This document shows positions 25,680-45,011 of a stretch of 64,000 bases of DNA, one piece after another; position 1 is the stretch's first letter, and each line of letters starts with the position of its first letter. A program made the position numbers and the translations under genes. Location: the NCBI GenBank assembly GCA_025786725.1, contig JAHLTZ010000009.1:186001-250000 (forward strand), read 5' to 3'. The notes beneath the pieces were generated by a model. The model was not told the DNA's origin. It saw nothing but the letters and a program-made list of their open reading frames with translations, and searched no databases. The DNA is from Syncephalis fuscata S228. Taxonomy: Eukaryota; Fungi; Zoopagomycota.

Positions 25680-25953
25680 AATAAAAAAACTCGCTTTTGA
25701 GACATGTGTAAGCGAATGCCATCATTATTAGCCATGTAAAGAAAGATGAATAAATGCTTATAATAGCCATATAGTCACGATTCCAGAATTTGCAACAATT
25801 TTCACACTTGAGCACAGAGTTAATATTTGATCCAGTATATTTTGAGCATGCTCTAAAGTTTTTGTTCTGCATATTGAGTAAACTTGAAGTCAAATATTTT
25901 TCGCTTTTAGCAATGGCTATTCTTTCTCTTTCTGAGGTTTGTTGTTTTGCCAA
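25680..25953 (-). mobile_element. Degenerate Fanzor/TnpB C-terminal relic 1
   Basis: (E)KYLTS...INSVLKCENCCKFWNRDYMAIISI, then shifted frame IFLYMANNDGIR. This fits a RuvC-II / Zn ribbon / RuvC-III layout. Confidence 0.65.
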
Positions 25954-26855
25954 GAATAATTCAGGTTTTCCTTAGACTCTAGTACACTGAATTTCTCAAG
26001 CCACTCTTGCATACATGAATTATTGTCTTTGTTTCACATACGCTGGGTATACGTTTATTCAGACAAACTTTTAAATTTGGCAACCAGCTATCTGAATCTA
26101 AAACAATAATTTCAATCTCATCCAGGCAATAATTTAGACCGGCAATGTAATGTGGTATCGAATTAACGACTATTGGCGTGTTATATTTCTCTTGTATTCA
26201 ATAAGATTTATAGCCATATTATATTGTTTTAACTGTTTATGATACTGTCGAATTACACGATACTGAATATTATTGAAATACTGTCTAATAATCCAATAAA
26301 TTTACTGAATTATTATATTTACTGTTTTTTAACAAATTGGAGATGTTGGTGTAAGTCACTGAACCACATTACGTTTTTTGATCAAATCACAATATATGTT
26401 GTATGTAAACATGAAATTGTAGTACAGTGCATATCTAAAATCTAATAATTACCAAAACATACTTGACGTCAATACATTAAGTCATATCATAACAGTGAAA
26501 TTCATTGGATTTAACGACAGTAAATTGTCTTCCCCCTCCAGGGAAATAGAGCCATAACACGCTGCTTTAATTGAAATAAATAAGACAAGGCTGTTTAAAT
26601 ATAGGAACGTTGCACGCGTTTCCAAATTTAGATATTCCCTTCAAAGGCTGAGCGGCCCTTGAATTACGAATATCAACACAACTAAACGTAAATCTTTCTT
26701 TGTATTTTACATTCATACTTCATACTCTTGTCTTTTATTGCTTTATATACGCTTGCAACTAAGTGTAAGTAGTCTATTATATATAGATTTATGTAAAACA
26801 TTTGCCAACATTTGTACTGCATTTGTTATCTTTATAGATTTACAGTCAATATAAC

Positions 26856-29800
26856 ATGAGCTTTTTATTTCAAGTACCAAGTTTTAAAATACGAGTGCGA
26901 GCTATCGACGGGCGGGATTTAGCTGCAAAAGATCGTAATGGATTGTCAGATCCATTTTTAAAATTTAAACTAGGCGATCAAAAGCACTCTACGCAAGTTT
27001 GTTCGGAAACATTATCGCCCACTTGGGATGATCAATTTGATTTGGTATTGCCGCTTAACAAACCACCTACCCACTTGATTGTTGTTTGTTGGGATAAGGA
27101 TCGCTTTGGACGGGATTTTATGGGCGAGATCAAAGTGCCGGTTGCTGATTTATTTATGCGCAATGGCCGTCCACGACTTTTTGATAACAATGGCCCACAA
27201 TGGTATAAATTGGAGACACGTGGAAAAGAAGTAGTCAGTGGGGAGATACAGTTGCATTGGGGATTCAAATGCAGCCAAAAAGACCTACGTCGTCATTTGG
27301 ATTGGTGTGTGCTGCTTGAAAATATATTTGGTCGGAAAGTAGCCACGGAAATGATTAAACGGCAAAAAGAAGACGATGCAGCAGCAAAAGCCAAGTTGGA
27401 GGCAAACTCTAAATCAGGAGAATTTGGCATTGCTAACTTGGGCGGCAGTATTGTGTCGCGTTTAACGGCCGAGGCGCTTCGTCGCAAAGAGCAAATGATG
27501 AAATTTACTGAGAAGTTGACGCAATCGCCTTCTTTTTCCAAGCCTGCTGACTCAGCAGATGATAAGACAACAGCAGATGATAAGACAACAACCGAAGAAA
27601 GCAAAAAGACAAAAAATACTAAGCCTGTAAGTCCAAGCAAAAACGCCTCTGCTTCTACTGCTTTTAAACCGGAAGAGGATAAGAAAGATAAGAAGATAAG
27701 AAGGATAAGAAAGAAGAAAAGAAACAAGATACTGTAGAAGCCGTTAAAGTATCTGATTCAAGCGAGGAAAATAAGACCAAGCCAGCCACTGCACCGGAAA
27801 AAAATAAGCCAGAAAATAATCCAATAGATGCTAAACCTGAAGCAGCATTGGCCACAAATATCTATGGTGCTGCAGATCATCATGGCTATTTGGAACAGTA
27901 TCAGCATGTTAACGTTGACAAAATAACTATGCCAATACCACAAATTGATGGAGTAGACACTGGCTATCCACAACACTCATATGCACATGCTGAATTCCAT
28001 ACAACCACCACCAACATGTCTTTATCAGAAGGAAATGCATCAATGGTAATGCCAGAGGCCGAAATACCTAATTTTACAGCCGAAGAGCGTAAACAAATCC
28101 TTACGATGCCCGAGCCATACATGTATTACTCTGCTGCTGCTGATATTAAACCACTCATTGTAATTGCACAGGAGGCAGCACATGTCACAGAGGCAAACCA
28201 ACCGGCTGGAACGACCGCAAATGAAATGGTTATTTCTGCGGTCAGTGCAGCAGCTAAGGCAGCAGCTGACAATCCGTCCAGTAAAGCTCGTATGATTCGT
28301 GTTGATTCGGATGATGAAGATGAGCCATCTAATAATGACAATATTAAAACCGCCTACACTGCAGGTACTACTCCATCACGTAGTATGTCTTTACCAATTC
28401 AGTCATCAGAGTTGCTGGGCGTTGTATTTGTCGATATAGTTTCAGCAAGGATCTGCCGCCGTTGAAGAACTTTCTTCATACCGGGTTTGATATGGATCCG
28501 TTTACGATTGTTACCTTTGGTCGTAACACATTCCGTACTCAGTCTATTCGCCACACATTAAATCCCATTTGGAACGAACGTCTTTATTTCCACGTAGCTC
28601 GCCATGAGCTATCCTATCCTATCAGTTTTACAATTATGGATAAAGATAAGTTTAGTAATAATGATCGGGTGGCAACAGCATCCTTGCCCATTATGGAATT
28701 ATTATCCGGATCAAATCTAGATGTTGATGACGGCTCTAGCAGCAGTGCCGACATCATGATTCCAGGTGACATGGCCACACCACAGGAACACACCTTAACA
28801 ATGCTGCCGGCTAAGGATAGCGGCTGGGATGGACATTGTACTATTACATTTAAAGTACGATTTATTAGACATCAACACTACGTCGTCGCTTCTGGCACTC
28901 TTTGACTGAGCAATATGACTCAGACGGTAATCAGCGTATGAACCGTGTGGAGCTGATGACCATGCTCGACAGTCTGGGCAGTACACTGGCTGAATCAACA
29001 TTGATGGCTTCTTCCGTCGGTTTAACAAAGATCCTGAGAAAGGTGATGAATTGGAGTTTGATGAACTATCTATTTGTTTAGAACAACATTTACAGACACA
29101 GCATGGTCCACATCCATTGGAATTATCCGCTTCTCCTGAGTCTGCTTTGAGTAGCGGCGATGGATTGGCTGCTCCTGAAGCTGCGGGACGTAAACGTATA
29201 TTTTCTTTCAGCAAAGAAGTTGACAATAGCTCAAAAGAAGAGGTGGCCGAGTCTGGCGAACAGGTCATTCGTATTCGAGAGTGTCCCATTTGCCGTAAGC
29301 CAGATTTACTGGGCAAGGACGACACAAGTATTTTGACACATGTGGCTATTTGCACACTTAACGATCCAAAGAAGGTAGATCGGTTTATGATGGGTAATTT
29401 TGTCACAGAAGCACAGGCACAACGACGCTGGTTCAATAAGTTGGCTGCATTTGTCAGTTATGGCAGCTACAGTATTGGCAAGAACAATGCCAACATTATT
29501 GTATTGGATCGAGCGACTGGCCAGCTAATTGAAGAAAAAATGCCAACTTATATTCGAATGGGCATTCGTATGTTGTATCAGAGTATTGGCTCAAAGACAA
29601 CAGTAGAATCGAAATCAATTAAGAATTTATTTTTATCATTATCGATTAAACAAGGCAAGAAGTTTACAGATCCAAATTCGGTACGGGACATTGCGCCGTT
29701 TATTGAATTCCATCAGCTGAATGTAGATGAAATTGCCGATCCACTTGATTCGTTTGCCAACTTTAATGAGTTCTTCTATCGTAAGCTCAAGCCATATGCT

Positions 29801-30521
29801 CGTCCTATTGCTGCCCGCAACGATCCATTGATGGCAGTATCGCCGGCTGATGCACGCATTCTCTGTTTCCCCACCATAACTCAAGCGACTGAGCTGTGGA
29901 TCAAAGGCGACCTATTCACAGTGCCTCGTTTGCTCGATGACCCAGATCTGGCCGCTTTATACGAAGGAGGTACGTTGTGTATTTTCCGCTTGGCTCCGCA
30001 GGATTACCATCGCTTCCATATTCCGGTCGATGGCGTATTTTCTGCGCCAAAGCCCATTGATGGCGCCTACTACACAGTCAATCCAATGGCCATTCGATCG
30101 TCACTTGATGTCTATGGCGAAAACAAACGCATTGTTAGTGTATTGGAAAGCGAGAAATTTGGACGTGTTACTTATGTCTGCATTGGCGCGATGTTGGTAA
30201 GTAATTAGATATACTAAGAGAGAAACATGATTAACATTGTTATTGTTACGTTTCTAGGTTGGTTCCATTGTACTGACTAGTGAGCCTGGTAAAAAATACA
30301 TGCATGGCGATGAACATGGCTACTTTGCCTTTGGTGGCAGTACCATTGTTATGCTGTTTGAACCAAACAAAATTAAGCTTGATGCAGATTTATTGGAGAA
30401 TGCCAGTAAACCGCTGGAGACTTTGGTACGTAATTTGTGTCGGCATTGATACAGTTGTTAATTATTTGTTTATTTATAGGTAAAAATGGGCGAATCCATT
30501 GGCAAAGCTGTACAAGGATAA
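26856..30521 (+). CDS. PSD2: Phosphatidylserine decarboxylase 2 (C2-C2-EF-hand-PSD)
   Basis: C2 motifs DLAAKDRNGLSDPF and GFDMDPF; FNEFFYRKLKP, SPADAR, FRLAPQDYHRFH, FGGST autocleavage motif. Several 1-nt indels; probable 5'UTR intron 26765-26837. Confidence 0.95.
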
Positions 30522-31520
30522 AATGCCTAATTAACAACAGCTGGTATAATTCACCTAGTTGCTTACAAGATGCTTTATTATTTTAATAAATTTAGTGATT
30601 GAAATAAAACAAAAAGCAGAATAATACTGATTACTACTAATGGCTGTTATTTGTAGTTAGCATATGTTGTTTATGAAGTTAAACAGTGTGCTAATGACAC
30701 AAATACTCGATTACACAACAATCGATCTCACAACTGAGTAATCTTAGCAGCATTCCCAAATACAGCAATGATACCAACTCTTACTCTTTCTGTTTTGTTT
30801 ATCAATAAAACTACAGCTACGCAGTTATTTTAACAATAATATAAGTTATTTATTTATTTTATTATTACGCTAATAATAAATTATAAATAGCCATATATGT
30901 ATTCTTATTGAACGCATGCTGCACATGTGCTACGAATACAGTGGTGACGTATGCCTTTATATCTTAAACATGTGGGCCTCTTTGTGTATACACTGAAAAA
31001 GTAAAAATTTAGTGGGGCCACACCAGAGCCATCATTATCAAGTGCTGTTTAACGCTGAAGAAATGACGTATACCTTTAAGGCCTATGGCCAATTAAAATT
31101 CTAGCTTTAACTTACAACAGTATATCCATTTTACTACATATTCTTTTATCATATAGTGAACATTATTAAACTGCTGTCAACTTGGCACTACTTTTACTAT
31201 TTATAAACCCACTTGTTCATATGATTAATAACACATTCGCACTTTTTGCAATCAACTTTCAAAACATTCTCACTGTGCATAGTGACTTCTATAAGCCGTT
31301 AAAAAGGCTGGGCAAAAAGATGCTCTTAAGGCCTTTGTGCCATTCTAGCATTCCACATGGTAGCACTGCTTAATTAACAATACATATGGTAATTATACAA
31401 GTTGATGACGCATTCGTGATACTGTATTGCTCTATATAATTGCCCAATTTATTTAGTTATTTGCAAGTGCACATCGTTTTTATTCACAGTCGTAAATTTA
31501 GTAAACACCTTGTTATCGAT

Positions 31521-32560
31521 ATGGAACATTCACAAAACACTACATCCGGTCAACACAAGCAGAAGACCGTCTTTAGTATATGAAGCAGGCCGGCGTTTTC
31601 ATGGCGAAAAAATGCACCTTATCCGCTGCTAACGATCGAGTGAAATAATAGGTAAGCATTTGTGTATAAGGCAATATAACACCTAGTAAATAGCCACTAT
31701 TCCATGAATATTTAGGCTAAATACACAGCATCCTGTATTTAAAAAACTACTTAATGGCAACTACATGAGTAAGCTAAATAATCCAAAAAGAATTTTGGAC
31801 GTTGGCAGTGGTACTGGTATATGGGCAGTGGTAAGTAGTTGCGTTTGCTACAGTACTCAGAAATGATTAACGTTAAACAGGAAATGGCAGAGGAATTTCC
31901 GCAATCTGAAATAAATTGCATTGATATATCTCCAGAACTGTCGACGACCAAGCTTCCCAGCAATGTCAAGTTTGAAACCATGAATGCTCTCGAAGGTAAG
32001 ATTAATAATTATTGACATCACAGAATCAAATTAATCATCCAAATAATACTAGGTATCAAGTATGAAGACAATACGTTTGACTATGTCCATATGCGGCTAT
32101 TATGCGTAGCAGTGACAGAAGACTATTGGCCTTTATATATGAAGGATCTGGCACGTGTTTGCTCCCCCGCGGTAGCATTGAGTTCTTTGAAACCGACGCC
32201 CAATTGAAGAATGCTGGGCCATTGGGCCAAGAGGTCAATTCCTGGTTTACTGCTGTGTGCCGTAGCCGTAATGTCAACATGGATAAAGCCTGGCAAATAC
32301 CACAGATGATGCAAGAGGCCGGTCTACAAGTGGAAGTTGAGCACTTTATCGAAATTCCTATTGGAGAATGGTGTGACCAAGTAGGTCGTCATGGCTGGAC
32401 TGATTATTACAACCTGATCAGTCCACTGTGCGCTAAAATTATGTCTACATGCAATGTTACAAAAGAAAGATTCGACTATGTTCTCGCAAATTTGCACGAA
32501 GAGAATGTCGCTCATCGTGTTTATCGGAAAATGGGTATATTTGTCGGTCGCAAACCATAA
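31521..32560 (+). CDS. LaeA-like methyltransferase, copy B
   Basis: Same 4-exon structure; LDVGSGTGIW, FVGRKP*. Many 1-nt deletions (error or pseudogenisation). Confidence 0.8.
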
Positions 32561-33374
32561 AGAATAAATAGCGTTAGCGTTAGTCATGCCTATAATTGAA
32601 TTTGTTTTGTTAAACATGATTATAGTGTTATCTTTATAATTATATTCAAGTTGTCTAATTATATCGATTGTTATCAACTGATGTCCAAATAATAATACCA
32701 ATAGTTTATCTGGTTCATTAATTTGTTTATTTTATTACTGTTATTATACAATTATTAAATAATTCATCAAATCAACTATTTAATGTGGTTTAAATCAGAT
32801 AACTACGCTTGGTATTGTTCGTATAATTGAACTACATATTCATTCTATTAAACATAATAATAAGTAGTGAGTAGCATCAAGCATCAAAATAATTACCATC
32901 ACCATTACCTTGTACACGTTTATCCAATCCTATGTTATTTATATTTTATTAGATACACTTCATTAATAAAGGTTGATTATTATTGCTGCTATATTTTTGT
33001 ATATCGCATTCAAGCTGAGACAAAGTTATAAAAGTCTATTAAAATAAAGCTAAAAGATTCAATTATCCATTCCATTAGTAACATATCCATATTTTTCCGT
33101 AACCAGCTTTTAGATTCTTCCCATGATATGTTATGATTTTCATATGTCAATAAAAATGTTGGGAAAATATATGCGCTTTAAGGCCTTAGCAGTATTTCTG
33201 GTATTTCCAGCATGGTAACATTCTGACTCAACGCTGTATATAGTAATCGTACAAGTCGATAATGCATCTCGTGATATTGTATTGTCCATACAATTACCCA
33301 ATTTATTTAGTTCTTTTGAGTACACACCGTTTTTATTCACAGCCATAAATTTCGTAATATATTTTGTTAGCAAT

Positions 33375-34439
33375 ATGGAGCATCCACAGAACACCATATC
33401 CAGCCAAGAGCAAGCAGAAGCCTCGTCCTTTGTATATGAAGCAGGCCGGCGTTTTCATGGCGAGAAAAACGCGCCTTATGTATTGGCTAACGATCTGGCC
33501 GAATCAGATAGGTAGGTGCTTGTGTATAAACAAGCAGCATAACATCTCATAAATACTCGCTATTTCATGGTTATTTAGGCTAGATGGACAGCATCGTGTA
33601 CTTAAACATTTACTCAATGGCAACTACATGAGCAAGCTAAATGATCCACAAAAAGCATTGGAAGTAGGCAGTGGCACTGGTATATGGGCTAAGGTAAGCA
33701 GTTGTATTTATTGCAACATTTTATTACAATTAACAATTTGCTAAATCACATGTATAGGAAATGGCAGAGGAATTTTCCCAGTGTGAAATAAATTGTATTG
33801 ATATATCTCCAGCACCGTCTCTTGTCAAGTTCCCCAACAATGTCAAGTTTAAAACTATGAATGTTATTGAGGGTAGGCTTGATAACCTTTAATATGCACT
33901 ACATCACGCTAATCATTTAAACAATAACAGGTATCAAGTGCGAGGATAATACATTCGACTATGCTCATATGCGGCTATTGTGCGCGGCAATGCCTGAAGA
34001 CTCTTGGCCTATAGTTATCAAAGATTTGGCACGCGTTTGCAAGTCTGGCGGTAGCATTGAACTTGTCGAAACCGATGCCAAATTGGTAAATGCCGGACCA
34101 TTTGGCCAAGAAATTGATAGGTGGTATGATGCTGTGTGTCGCAGTCGTGGTATCGATCTGAATAAAACTCGCCAAATACCGCAAATGATGCAAGAGGCCG
34201 GTCTACAAGTGGAGACTGAACACTATATAGAGTTTCCACTTGGAGAATGGTATGATCAAGTAGGCCACCAAGGCTGGCATGACGTATTCAGTCTGATCCA
34301 CTCACTAAGTGCTAAAATTATAGCAGTCAATAATGTGACACAAGAAAGGATTGACTATGTTCTTGGAAAATTGCATGAAGAAAATGTCGCTAATCGTGTT
34401 TACTGGAGAATGGGTGTATATGTCGGCCGCAAGCCATAG
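33375..34439 (+). CDS. LaeA-like methyltransferase, copy C
   Basis: MEHPQNTISSQEQAEASSFVYEAGRRFHGEKNAPYVLANDLAESDRLDGQH, LEVGSGTGIW, YVGRKP*. Confidence 0.9.
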
Positions 34440-35370
34440 AAATTAAATGGTGCTAGTATTAGTTCTAGCTATCTTTATAACTAAATTATTTTGTTAAATG
34501 TTTATAATGATATTTTTAAAAGTTTGTATTCGAATCATCTGATTATGCCGATTATCATAATTAATGTCTAAATAATAGTCATAATGTAAATATGGCAATT
34601 AGTTGGCTATCATCACACTGAATAACACTAATGGTAGCGCCTGTCATGCTCAATATTAGCTACGATTTTATTATTGGCGTATCTATCACCTCTTAAATAA
34701 CTATAATGCAATTAATGATTCATTTGAATTAAACAGTATGCAGTACTTGTATATTGCGTATCTGTTTTATAGTAGCTATTTTTATTTAACATAATAACCT
34801 GTACCAGTTAATTACCAGCTTGGTCTATAATATTATAACATAAATGTTCGAGACTCTTAGTACCTGTACTTGGTGATATTTATTAGCTCAAGCACTGGCA
34901 TGGAAATTTCGACAATTATTCTAAGGACTACGACGGTGAAATGTGTAAAATAGCGAATTGTATTAAACACAATGAGCAACATCCAAATCCTAGGATTCTA
35001 TAATTGAACAGGTAGGCTGCCCATCATACAAAATAGCCACTTTTGACCATTTAATAAGGCCAATTGTGGGACAAAATTATTTAATTTTTTTACTTTTTAT
35101 TCATTCAATGAATCGATCACCACATTGCCTTCTAGAATACACCGATGACACATCAATTTAATAGGCTTGTATTCCATGATGCACATGTATTTGGTGCCAA
35201 TTGACTTTTACTACTATTGCTTCATTGTAATATTTTTGCCACACATTTTTATAAATATAATGTCAAATGCACACCTATGTATTTGCAGTAATAGTTAAAT
35301 AAAAAACGATACTTTTAATCATTAATAATAAAATAATAACTGAGAGGGGACATTGAATAAACAAAAAGTT

Positions 35371-40163
<4,793 letters not shown>

Positions 40164-40967
40164 GTCGTATCAAGGTAATAACAATAACAATAGCGTAGTA
40201 ATGATAAGGTGGATATACAGATATGCAAAATGCCTGTAACACACTACTACCGTACGATCACACCACTAATATAACCAACTATGCCGTAATAGTAATACTG
40301 AAAGTACCAAGTGTAGTAATAATGAAATAAATACTAAGTGAGAAGATAAGAAAGATAAAACGCAATAAATTGAATTGATCGTCGTAGTGAAGTAAGTAGT
40401 TAATATACTAGAAATGAATCGAATTGAATAGAAATGAATAGAATAGATTCAATAGTGCTGTTGCTCTCTCCTCGTCTGCTCGTGTTTTTCTTTTTAACAA
40501 ATTGTATTTATTCTTTCTCTTTTTCTATCGCCTTTTATGTACGCGTGGTTCATTTCTGCTTTTTATCCCAAATCGGATACCGCGAGAAAGAAAAAGGTCG
40601 CGCTGACAAATGCACACACCGAGTCTGTGAGTTGATTGGCCACGCTTTGCTTGCTATTTGTTTCTCCGTCCCCACCAATGCGCTTTTTGTATTTGGCCTA
40701 TTCCCCTTTAGTACACAGGTTTATTTTTACCAGCTACATTTGCTTAAACGAAGTACATTTGCACACGTTGCTGTTGTTGTGTGCATTTGATCCACCTTCT
40801 TGGTGTTTATTGTACTACTTTCGGTGTTGACTCGTGTTGCTAATAGCTGTATGACGCATCGTTAGTGCATCAAGCTGACAAATAGACATAATGTAAAAAA
40901 CAGAAAATAGATTATTTATTTCTATTATGGTAAGTCGTACGAAACTACTATTCGTTACAAGTAGTCA

Positions 40968-43900
40968 TTATACTTGCTTGGCCCATCGAAGCCATGATAC
41001 GGCCGGTTCAATGCGTTGTACCAAGGCTAGAAAAGTCACATTTTCGCGCATATCGGTAAAACAGTCGGATTTAATGTTATTCCCATTGTCGCTGTCACTG
41101 TTGCTAAGGTCACCGTTTTTATGCGGATAAAATAATAATTCAAATAATCCTATAACACACCGGTTATATAGATGCTGTGTATGCCAGTCTTGATCTGGAT
41201 AGGCCCATGTAGATAGGTGGCTGTCACTAGTATCGAATGTAGCTTTGACAGATGAATATCGATTTAATAGCTGTTCAAGTGATTGGGCATGGGTAGCCGT
41301 AAATATATCAAGGTCACTAGCTGCTGTTTGTAACAATGTTTCTATGGTCATACAGGCAATGGAGAGTACATCTAAAAATGGAGTAATCCATCATGTGAGC
41401 CCGTATTATTAATATTATAGCTATGAAGACAGTAATAGATGTAATGCCCTTTCATTTCAATATCACTTACTGGTACGTGTCACCAATGTGGTCATTATGT
41501 TCTGTATTTGATGTCGCAATGTCCAATTGATCTGCGACTTTGATCGAAGACATAAACGACGGCAGATACGATTAGCCAAACCGGCCAATAGCTGTGTATG
41601 TCTAGGAGATGAACTGATCACCTCAAAGGAAAAGGCGGCTTGAATCCAGGCAAGTACACCATGTTGCATAACAACCTCTTCTAATACACCATCGATATCG
41701 GTAGCTCGGCTTAATAGCTATATATATATATATATCAATGTATATATGCATATAATAGTTCAAGGTTAGTTATTTTACCAATAGTTAACGTATTAGTCAT
41801 TTTTACCTCAAGTACAAGTTCAACATCTACCTCATCACACAACGATGATGATGATGCATAACTGAGACAAAGGTCAATTACATGACGTCGTCTATAGAGT
41901 GGATAATCCTAGTAGATGGTATGGATATTAGTATTAATAATGATGTGTAACACTGTCTAGTCTATTTACCGATGCATCAGTCAAGCCATGCACCAGTAAG
42001 TGTAGCATCCATCGTTTACGTCGCTTTGCATCTGGCGTGGCGGCATGGAATAGACTGTAGAGCATAGGCACATCCTATAGAATAAGATATACAATTAATA
42101 AGCATATCAATGACTATCAAATAATAAATATATACCTCTAGATCAATAATAGGTCTTTGTAATAGAAATCCATTAACGAGTGGATACATAAAGTGGCGTG
42201 GTGTTAGTGCCAACTTTAGTGTATGAACTGCAAAGTGCACTATGATCATAGGTAGACGGGATGGTAATGGATCTCGCTGAGTAATACTACTTTTCAGTGA
42301 AACGAGTAACCACAACACTTGGCGGCGTTCTTTCCAATCAGTCGCCGCCTAGTTCAACCGTAGTAGGATGAGTCATACATTTATCTATAGATTACTAATA
42401 TTCAAACTTACCTGTAACAATGGCAATAACTGATCTAATAAAACAAATGCTATTCGACGTATATGGTCATCCGTTGAGGCGAGAGAAGTTATGGCCAAGC
42501 TTAAAGCGTGTGTCTCTACCCAGAGACGCGTGGGTACAACGTCGCCTAAAGAAGCGAAGAAACAAAATACAGGCAAGAAATAGGCCGGATCATACAACGA
42601 TAGATCCTTTTTATCTGTATCAGATGCAATAGGTGCAACATTGGCCATAGATCGTGTAATAGGATAGTTAATAATACTATGCCACATACGCTCTCTATCA
42701 ATATCACTTAGAAACGATAACACGGCCGATGTTAACTGTGATCTATTATTAGTTAGCAGTAATGGAGTCACTACTCTTGACGTATTAGGATGTGGACTCC
42801 ACTGTAATGCATAGGTAAGCATCGGTTCTTCCTTGTCAGATCGTTCATATCGCAATAAATAATCTAATTGATACCGATCAGCTTGACACAATGACGCCTT
42901 ATAATGAGGCATTAATCGATCGATCAATGGACGGGAATAGATGCAAGTAACATGGCTATCGGCCAGTTCGAGCAATAGACCAATGAATAGAGCACGGTCG
43001 TGGTCGTTAGAGAGCCATGATAATGATGTACTCATTAGTTGATTGATCCATTGATCTACTGGTTCATTTAGTGTCTAAATATAATTATGTGTTAATTAAT
43101 ATTATAAATATCTATCTACATTTACCTCTAAATCATTTTGTTGTAATAATCTAAATATAGCCTTAATCACCGGTAATGTTTGAGGTGTATTGTTACCAAG
43201 TTGGATAGTCAATTTATCAAGTAGACTTATTAAAAGTGACCCCTTCAAATGTGATGAATAAATCGGATCAAGTAACAAGGCTAATAAAAATCATGTTAAA
43301 CTAATATAACAAAAAGTATAATGACTTACCTAGAATTGAATATATAGACGTGGGTAGAGTATTCATATTGATAATAGTATTGAAACAACGAGTAGTTATT
43401 GCTGTATAAAGTGAATATAGTGATTCATCTTTATATTCTAGTAATTGTTGAACCAATTCAATTACTGTAATAATTAATGATGATGATGATGACTGTGAAA
43501 GGCCATTTAATCGTTGTTGTAATTGGATTAAACGTTCTTGTCGATATTCTACTGATGTAAATGACCACCATTGTTTTAATAATGACAATGCTTGTTCATT
43601 GTTACTATTATCATTATTATTTGTTGTTGTTGATAATAGTGTATTTAATACACCATTCATTAATAAATAGACTGATTTAATATCCTCATCTTTAGTATGA
43701 GGATGCCAAATAGCCTCAGTTGAATCTAGACTCTCCTCTGCTAATCCCCATGTACAGAATAGTTGTGTATATTGGGCAATAAAGGTTAACCATGTAGATA
43801 GAGGCAGTGTAGCGGGTAGTCGATTCATGTTAATTAGTCGAGTTACTTCATGGCGTACATGTTGATCGAGGGTAGAAGCAAGGGCGAGCAATTCTAACCG

Positions 43901-44977
43901 ATTCGGTGTGGCTTGTATTAATAATCGTTCTACATCTTCATCCTTTAACTTAAAGGGAATTGCTGATGCTTCACTAGTAAATATAACTGGACAGGCAGTA
44001 ATACTACGCTGATACACAAGTGTGGATGCACTAGCAAATAGTAAAGGTGATGTGGCAGCCACTACTACCAACAACACTTCATCCAATGCTTCACTCGATG
44101 ACTGTCGCCATAGTGTTAATAGAGATTCGGCATGCTCTTTAACCATCATCATTGTATTAGATCGACTGGCTAGTAATCCAAATAAATGACCCATTAATTG
44201 TGTCATTGATGTTGATAGAGGACTGTTAAGTAGATGGGTCATCATAGACATCAATCCTGCATCATCGATAATATCTCCATAGACTTGTAATATAATAGAG
44301 GCTTGTGTATAATCAAATGATTGTACAAGATCATTGTTGTAGTGATACGTACAACAACCATCGACGCAATGATTGGCGTAAATGGATAGGCAACGCATCA
44401 ATTGTTTGAGTGGTCCAGCTATAAGATAGAATATCTATTAACAGTTAAGTATTAAATGTAAAAGTAAGTATTAAATATTAGATTAAAAGGATACGATAGG
44501 TAATTATCTCGGCTATTTGTTTTTCAATTACGCCATTTAGTTGTCTTTCTCTATCATAACTAGATAGGAAATAGGCCCGAATAACACTATTACTTAATAA
44601 ATAACTACTATCATTTATAGTAGTAGTAGTAGTAGTAGTAGTCGTGGTTATTGGTTGAACTTGTTCAATAACGGATAAACATCCACGAATATAAATAGGT
44701 GTCGTTTTATCAAGTGTTTGTAATTCAAGTTGCATTCGTAATAGTAACATATCCATTATCATTAAACGTTCCTGTGCCGTTGATCGATTTAATAAAGCAA
44801 GTAACGTAGTTCGATCTTGCCATTGGCCAAGATGATAAGGTTCAATAAGTCGCATCATATTTAGAATAGGATGATCATGTGGTTGACTACTTTATATAAT
44901 ATATATAATATATTAGTATGCCATCTATTTACTTACAGTAATACTATACAGTTACTTACTCATCTAATCATCATTGG

Positions 44978-45011
<34 letters not shown>

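Noticed and set aside
27553-27720. 18-bp and 9-bp tandem repeats as a CRISPR-like array
   Set aside because: They are coding repeats (ADDKTT, DKK) in the PSD2 linker, with no spacers.
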